A stretch of DNA of 64,000 bases, taken from assembly GCF_009914755.1 (NCBI RefSeq), contig NC_060929.1. One strand, written 5' to 3'. The notes below the pieces were generated by a model, which was not told the DNA's origin, searched no databases, and was given only the letters and a program-made list of their open reading frames with translations. The position numbers were made by a program, and so were the translations under genes. Positions 54,416-64,000 of this stretch are shown piece by piece. The DNA comes from the human T2T-CHM13v2.0 reference genome, Homo sapiens. Position 1 is the stretch's first letter; each line of letters starts with the position of its first letter.

Positions 54416-56809
54416 ATTCTTGCCACTCAGCACAAAAGAGGCAAATAAACTAATGCAGCAGCTCCTCATCCTGCGGGGCCAAGCGGCTCAGTGTCCTGAT
54501 TCCTCACTCCAAGGCCCCTTCACAAGCCGTCTACATTGCACCTGGTTTTCTCTTTTGTTCTAATTTATTTGTAAGAAATCTTTAAAGAGTCTACTCACTA
54601 GTTATTTGTACGTTGACAATATTTTTTAACAAATAACTTTCTATTTTGACATATTTAAATGTATTAATCTTTTTCTTTCCTTGTTTATTTCTATAGTTAT
54701 TTATCTTTTTATTTTCTTTAATACTTTTCAGGATTTCTTTTCAATGATTATTGTTTATTATTGAATTTATGTATGGATTTATATCATTGAATTTATCGTT
54801 TTTGGATAATGTGAGGTTCGTGTCTACAATTTTTTTCCAATCTAGAATTGACTCGTTCTAATATTATTTATCAAATAGTAGATTTGCCTTTTTCCTTCCT
54901 ACTTAATAGAATGTATATCACATACCAATTCCTGTTGAATAAACAATGCCTTTTCCGTTTTTATTGTCTCTTTATTTGCCAGTGTCTTAATGTCCCATAA
55001 GAATAATCAATTCCTTATTTCCCCATCAGTCACCACCTACATGTCCACAGTACACATTAATTTCAGAGTATGTCAGAGCATATGCTCAAAATTAGCTACT
55101 TTAAAAATTAATGTAGCAAGCTATGCCTTGTAACAGCGTTCTTGGGAATATCACACGATAATATTAAATATCAGGCAGTTTGAGAAGCAAGGTGCACTCA
55201 GACACATGGACCCACGTGCACACACAAGACTCAGTGAGATATCGGGAACATTTTTTTCTTAAATCAGAAATCACTTGTTATTTTTTGATATTCTAAGTGC
55301 AGTTTTCTCCAAATTATAACTCCCTGGTTTCTTCCAAAGTATTCAGCCAGAAAGAGATATAAATGTACATTTGAAATTGCCCAAAATTATGGCTGATATA
55401 GAATACTGTCCTTCTCTAAAATATCCAGTCATTAAACTTTGAAAAGTTATGCTAGTGAGAACATGCAATCACCAGCCAGAGGGTATTAATTTGAAAGCAG
55501 ACAAAAATGGTTTTATATTTCTATTTTGAATGTTCCATATAAAACAATTACAAATATCTGTTTTACTGATCTATATCATAGTTAGCCTACACTTAGTACA
55601 AGTACAAAATAACAATGATTACAATGAAAGTATTATACTTACTACTTTTTTCTTTATACTATTTTAAATGAAATAATACAGCAAAAGAATACTTAAATGA
55701 AAACCACATACATACTATTTTTATGCAATGTTCAGCCCCCTTAGTTCAAAGGAAGATAGAAAAGAATGTTTATTATTCCTGTGAGAAGGAGGAGCTCAGT
55801 CATTTCTATGAGTGTTTGACTTCAGGGTAAGTTACAATTTAAAATTTCCTACTGGGTTAATAGCAGGTACCAAAAGTTCAGAAGAGCAGCAGTAATTACT
55901 TCTCTCAAATGCAGAGATTCATCGGGAATATCACGCAGCTTAGCCTTACGCATATCCTGTTATTTTCATTGTGGCTTAAAATACATGCAATTTAATGTTA
56001 CTTCTTCTAAAATATCCAAAGGCTACGTCATAATCAAGTTAGTATATTTGGCTATTTCAAGTTGTATATTTTTTCTTATAATTCAGTTTCTTTATGAAAG
56101 CACATACAAATAGTATGTGTATAACAGAGGATGACTGTGAACATCTCTGCCCTGTGATGAACAGGGCATATACATAACAGATTTCTCTGAATTGAACTAG
56201 TCTGCGTGTTGTACATAGTCTGGTAATTCGGGCACTATGTAGGGATTGTGTAAATCTCGAACAGGCTATTTTTCTTTCTAAATTGTGTAAAGATCACAGT
56301 CAATTACTTCATATATATATCAAGCTCTCTATGGCTTCAAACCCTTGATATCCCAGCAAATTCTAGGTTCACTTTATTTTATCTTCTCTACTCCCTCAAT
56401 AATCAGATTTGCTTGCTGCTGAGACCTCTGTTATGTTCATGTGGCTTCCTGTTTCATGTGGTTATCGATGCTTCTCTCTCTCCAGGCCTCTGTGCCCCTC
56501 ACTCTGCTGCATCTTACTCTGTGTTCCCATAATAGCTTCATTAAACTCGAGCAAACACTTCTCTTGCTGGGCTTGATTTCACTCCAGTACATGACAATAA
56601 TTTGGACATTGTCTCAAGCGCGCATTAACTCACAGTTATTTTAATGATGTACTTATTTATTTCTTGTTACTGACTTATCCAGCTTCATCACAGGACCCTG
56701 AGGTTGAGCAGTGAAACTGAAGCCAGGACAGAAGATTGCTGAGCAATACAAACTACAGTATACTAAAAAATTAATAAAAAATTAAAAAATAAACAGCACT
56801 ATTTTTACA

Positions 56810-57232
56810 TGAAGCTCAGTGTCTGTTTGCTCTCCCTGATAAGTTAATTCCTTACCTTGAGGGTCCTAGGTTTCCCAAGCAAATAGAAGTTAAGTGCCCT
56901 GCTAGCTTTTCACAAACCCAGAGCCAGATAGCCTTAATGTTCCCCTCAGCTTGGCCAAACTTGTGACCGTTTCTTCCTGATCATGGGACCCTGTCCTCCC
57001 TTTTCTTAGAACATTTACTGTAGAAAACTCTCCAGTGTGAATTCTTCCTTTGACCCTTTGAGATGCAAATCTTCTCCTAGTCTCTGGCTAGGTTTACAAT
57101 TTAGGACTGTCTTTCTTTCTCAAGGAGCCATCCCTTTGAAATGAAATCATCAGGAGAGATAGAGCCCTCATCCCTTAGCCTCTGTGGGAGGGCAGGAGCC
57201 TAATTTCCATAAACACCAATTAGCAAACACAA
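56810..57232 (+). mobile_element. MER31-like ERV1 LTR fragment
   Basis: ttcccctcagcttg...ctcccttttcttaga...ggagccatccctttgaaatg...ctctgtgggagggcaggagcctaa. Confidence 0.7.
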
Positions 57233-57284
57233 AGTAATCCATGTAATTCAAAGTTACCCACATAATTTATTTTAGTGAGGGCAC

Positions 57285-57643
57285 TGTATTAGTCTCTTTT
57301 CATGCTGCTGGTAAAGATATACCTGAGACTGAGCAATTTATAAAAGAAAGATGTTTAATGGACTTACAGTTCCACATGGCTGGGGAGGCCTCACAATCAT
57401 GGTAGGAGGCAAGGAGGAGCAAGTCACATTTTACATGAAGGGCAGCAGGCAAAGAGAGAGAGCTTGTGCAGGGAAACTCTCCTTATAATAAGATCTCATG
57501 AAACTTATTCACTATCAAGAGAATGGCATGAGAAAGACCTGCCCCCATGATTCAATTACGTACCATCGGGTCCTTCCCACAACATGTGGGAATTATGAGA
57601 GTTATAAGATGAGGTTTGGGTGGGACACAGCCAACCCATATCT
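57285..57643 (-). mobile_element. THE1 (B/C-like) solo LTR
   Basis: tgtattagtc...catgctgctg...tgggtgggacacagccaacccatatc; TSD ggcac/ggctc. Confidence 0.9.
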
Positions 57644-59576
57644 GGCTCCTATTTTTATTTTAAAGTAAAATAAAATTATATAACTTAGCCTTATATGTCA
57701 TAATTATATATTCTGATAGTGTATATCATAATATGTATACATACATAATAGTTCTATTCTAAAAATTGAGTATGTAGGCTCTAGTAAGCCAATGGGAAAC
57801 CAGCCTCCACTACAGAAAAAGTAACTTTAAAAGAAGGACTGGGAAGAGAACTTCCTAATATGGACAGTGGAGATTTTGTGTAAGAATATTAAGTCCTCTG
57901 GGCAGGCCATTAGAAATTGGTAGCTAAGGATCCTAAAAATACCACATACAGAAGTCACACCATAAAGTCCTGAAAATATTCTTAAATATGGTGAGAAGCA
58001 TATCAATTGGTAAAAAGTATGTTTTTACTTCTCTTCTTGGAAAACAGAAGAAAGACTACTAGAAAACAACTAATGAAACATGAGAAGTTAACAAAGTGGG
58101 TAACACTGGTTTGTATTATTAGAAGAGTCCTGCAGAGTTGCATGTGACATGCAGGGCAGATGCAGAGTGAGCAGCAGAATGCCTTGGAGATGGGACAGGA
58201 TCTTAAATTAGGAAGAACACACACATTTGATAAGGAAAACCTCCAAAGCAGAAACAAGCACAACAAATTCAGAGTCCCTCTGCTTTGACCTCAAGCGGGG
58301 ACCCTAAAGAAAAGAAAAAGAATCAGTTTCAGATACAGGGGAAAGAGTGTCAGGAAGCCACCTGCTCTTTAAGTTCATTATGCCAGTCAAGGTTGTTGAT
58401 TACTAAATAACCAAAAGTACTCTATCTACTTTAAGTGAAAAAGGGATTCATTATTGAATAAGTCATTTATGAAATCATTAAGTAATGATTGGAGGAACAG
58501 AGGAGCTGTGTATTTGCTTCTCTCGCCAGGTGCCTCCTCAGAAGCATACAGCAAGATCTTACCTGGGGAGAAACCTCCAACTCTGCAACTTCTGCAACTG
58601 TGGGCACAAAACAAGTATGTTCACTAAAGGACAATAGCTACTGCAACCAGAAAGGTGCCATTCTGTGACCTGGCAACCATTAGAAACCTCTGCTGCTGCT
58701 AATTGTGAAAGATAACATCCATTCACTGCTCACATCTGCGAAAAGCAGAAGTTCTATACTGAGTTTTTTCCTTTACACTATTCCATTCTGTAGAGACATC
58801 TCAAATGGGCCTAATTTAAGTAACAGAAGACTCAGTTCTAGCTCCAAATGGAGCTAGAAATATGTCTTGATTCCTTTGCCGGAAGGATAGAACTTGTATA
58901 CGTAGACCGGATATTTGAAATTCATTCTTTGCCATCCTTTATCTTATATTAAACTTTCAATAGCCAGCTGAAATCTGCAATAAAATGTTTAACAAACCTT
59001 CATCTCATATAAACAAAGTCACATTTTTACATAAGGTGACATTGCTAGTTGAGTGTTCTTCAACACATTATTTTCAATTTCAATTTTCAATCTTTCAATT
59101 CTAAGATTGTTACTGATAAGGTTCTATCAGAGGAGTTTTGAAAATTAAAGAATGATACTATTTGTGAAAATATTTCTGGGGATAAGTTGATAAATACTTT
59201 ATCTTTTAACGTTTTTACTGTATCAGGCTAAAAAAAAGAAAATCTGGTGAACTTCAGTTGCTCTATACTTATTTTTTTCAATATTTAAAAAATTTAAAAC
59301 TATGATATGATTTACTTATTGATTATGCATATTTTTCACTGCCAATTTCAAGGCCTAGAGGACAAATATCTTTTCCTATTTTGTTCAGTTATGTTTGCCA
59401 GGAGATTGACATAGGGTAAGTCATAGGCCCGTAATAAAAATGAATGAATGAATAAATGTGTTTTTTAAAATAGGCATAAGAGTTAGGATCAAACTCCTCT
59501 TTCTCATCCTCAAACACTGATTAAGTAGTTTGAATTAAATATTTGATTACTATATTTTGTCTACTTTGTCAGCAGT

Positions 59577-59931
59577 TGTCTTAGTTTGGAATGCTGTAAC
59601 ATCATAGATTGGATGGCTTATAAAAAAACAGAAATTTATTTTTCAAAGTTCTGGAGGCTGAAAGTCTGAGTTCAGTGTGCCACCATGACGGGGTTCTCGT
59701 GAGGCTCCTCTTCTGGGGTGCAGACCACCGACATCGTGTTGTAGCCCCACATGGTGGGAAGAGGGCAAGAGAGTTATTTAGCTTCTTTTTATAAGGCCAC
59801 TAATCCCATTCACGAGGTTCCACTCTCATAACCTAACTACCTCCAAAATCCCTACTATCATATACCATTTCACTATGGATTAGATTTCAAGATATGTATT
59901 TTGAGAGGGACACAAACATTCGGTCCATTAC
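59577..59931 (-). mobile_element. MLT1A-like solo LTR
   Basis: tgtcttagttt...acagaaatttattt...gttctggaggctg...gggacacaaacattcggtccattaca. Confidence 0.8.
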
Positions 59932-60780
59932 AATAGGGCTTGTACGTGATAAATGGGTACCCATATCTATGTTATAACTATACATTTCATTTTATTTTTG
60001 TCAGTGTACATACATAACATGTTCTTGAGTGTATAAATACTTTAAGGTATGGAAATGCACAGTTTTTAAATTTTTGCGCCTTTAGTCTGTAATTATAATT
60101 CAATTTTTTCATATTCTTATATAAATGCAATAATAGCTTATAAATCACTCAAATATGTACATTGAAAGTGGAATCTAAGTTTTAAATTGGCAAACAAAAA
60201 ATTATGGACAGTAGAATTACTAAATGGAATGGCTTTCATTGTGACATAGAATGGACTTAGAATTTTTACTGGAAAATGTTTCTAATTCTGAAATAAAATT
60301 TTAAAAATAAAAAGATATTTGAAACGACTTTTATAGCAGTGGTCTGTGAAGATTTTTTTGGAGATTATATGACAATATTTATTTAGAGAAATTCAGTTCT
60401 TAAGCAGGAGATAAATGTGGTATCATTAGCATTTCACATGTTGTTTCACACAACCTTTCATTTGAAGTATAAAACTGTGTTTCTTTATTGCCAGTTGTAT
60501 CTGTTTTTAGGGATTTGTTTTATTATGAAAAATAGGGCATAATAGAACTTAAAGTCATAGGAAGTTTTATGAATTTGGTTCATATACTTTTCCTGTTTCT
60601 CAATTCTGGAAAATAGATATACCTGGAGTAGCATGCATTTAGGTGAAGGCAGGATGGAAAGCTTCTCTCTTCAAATGAGAAGCAGACCTTACCAGAATTA
60701 AATTTGAAATTTGCATTCTAATTTCTTATTTTATTGACTCTGAAGCAGATGCACACCTAAAAAAGGCAGTCACTGAGGCT

Positions 60781-61427
<647 letters not shown>

Positions 61428-62082
61428 CACTGAGGCTTATTTTTCTTAACTTTACATATAACTTAACTTTACATATAACTTTTAATGTGTCTGCTATGTA
61501 GAGTACAAGACATGCATACAGGAGCAAAGGGACTTAATATTTTGGGACACGTGTTATATCCCAGAATATTTGTTTTATTTTATATACTTATTTTCACAAT
61601 TAACTTTGGAATTGATAGTACCTTTATTATTTTACAGTAGACAAAACAGAAACTGACCAACTCATTCAAGGTCAAACATTCGCTACTGATTCACCATTCT
61701 AGACAGACCAGATAGCAATTGTTGACTGAGAATCTATCCTTTCAAGCATACTGTTTCTTAAAAACACCCTGGCATTCATCCCTCCCCGTTTCATTTTATT
61801 TAAAAAGAAGTAATAAATGCCAGTTAAGAATGTCACTATTATCCTCCCTCCAACTCTCATTAGATAGTTAACTTGCCAGTTTCCATCCACAGCCCCAGAT
61901 CTTAGAGGACGATATGGTTATGTCTCCAGAATCTTAACTTCACATGAGCTGATGCTTCATTAAAAACAGATAAATGCAATTATGTTGTGAATTTCTTGTG
62001 GCTTCCTAGAATTTTTGCTTCTAAATCTACTCTGACTTCAATTTACATATACACAAAACACATGCAACTGTACACAATCATT

Positions 62083-62830
<748 letters not shown>

Positions 62831-64000
62831 GTTTATTCTGTGTGTGTATATATAGATAATGTATTTTAAAAAATATAAATCTTCAAACTGGAGGCATTTA
62901 ACGAGCTATTTTCTTGGCATGGGGTATCTAATTCTTGCCTGAAAGTGAAACGTTTGAGAAAGCGTATTTGATTTTTATGTCCACAGGGTGATATTTAATA
63001 AAAGACCGCTCCAGTGAACTGGAAGGTCCACCCTTAAATAAGCATTAATTTATTTCATATCATTACAATGTTAGAAGATAAATTATAAGAAAAATGTGCT
63101 TCAGGCTTAAATATTATAATTAAATACATGCAAGATATATGGCAGTATAAACTGGGGCTTGAAAGAAAATGTTATACGTGAACAAATGTCTCATTTGCTA
63201 AATATATTTTACTATAATTTTTAAAGGAGATATAGATAACCAGGAGATATAGATGACCAAAACATTCTTTAAATTGATAAGCAAACAAAGATATTGCCTC
63301 TACATAGTTTCTCTTCTTAAAAAATTTCAAATAACAGATGCACAATATCATCTTTTATAAAAAATTTACTTCTGTCTATATATGGGAAAAATTTCATAAA
63401 ATTTTCCCAATATCTTTAATAATTTATAATTGCCGTTATAAAAATACATAACAATTTGTAATCAAGCCTAATTTTATTTCATGAACCTGTTAATACTGTC
63501 ATGGTTATATGAGATCCACCTGGGACAGATATATATTGAATTAAAGAAAGGTTTTAAGTCTCCAAGGCAAATGCAGGTGATGCTTTAGAAGATTTCAAAT
63601 GGAGAAAAATATAGCAACCTAAAACTCTACAGGCAAAGGAAGTAATTTAGCTAAACTTCAAATTAAACAAAAGCAAATTATAGATCACATGCAAAATTAC
63701 CCATTTTGCATATGTAATTACATGTTTTTATGCATCACTAGATATAACTTTTTAAATTTAACCTCGGAACTTGCCTTTCTACTTTGACCAAAATTATATA
63801 AATATATAAAAGGATTGTATTAATACTATCATACCTCAACTTTCCTTTGCAAAACACTGCTTCTTCATTGTTATTTTCTTTTCAATTAAGAGCAATGGCA
63901 TTATCTTATTTTCTCTCATTTCCTAGTTTTATTCCTGCCATTGTCTCAAAGATCCTTTGAATTCTCTCATTCCATTTATTGTTGATCTAAGGTTGTTTAA

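Noticed and set aside
55144-55934. Recurrent gggaatatcac motif (~55144, ~55924)
   Set aside because: Only an 11-bp match with no extension or periodicity
63689-63724. Short hairpins atgcaaaat...attttgcat and atgtaattacat
   Set aside because: Expected by chance in very AT-rich DNA

Overview
Primate (human/great-ape-like) non-coding DNA. No protein-coding gene is supportable; every ORF in the track comes from Alu, L1, LTR or tandem repeats, or is a chance ORF. The window is an AT-rich, L1/Alu/LTR-rich gene desert (about 1-38.7 kb and 54.6-64 kb). It is interrupted by a roughly 16-kb GC-richer block (about 38.7-54.5 kb) that starts at an abrupt L1-ORF1/Alu junction and carries a 4.3-kb ~50-bp satellite, an L2-derived 77-bp minisatellite and a 1.6-kb G-rich VNTR. 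The most striking element is a full-length HERV-K(HML-2) LTR5 (14092-15098). Where the 18-nt PBS and gag leader should be, it is followed by a complete 76-nt antisense copy of its tRNA-Lys(CUU) primer (15101-15176). It lacks a TSD, and its non-CpG mismatches sit at G6, G10 and A37, positions that are typically modified in tRNA-Lys. It looks like a fossil plus-strand strong-stop intermediate that read through m1A58. Other notable items: a 530-bp-arm long inverted repeat (21.2-23.4 kb), an inverted variant block inside the satellite, a satellite fragment captured in a MADE1 hairpin, a candidate Alu-L1 chimera and a non-classical L1 filler. All family names were assigned by eye from remembered consensus sequences and were not verified by alignment.
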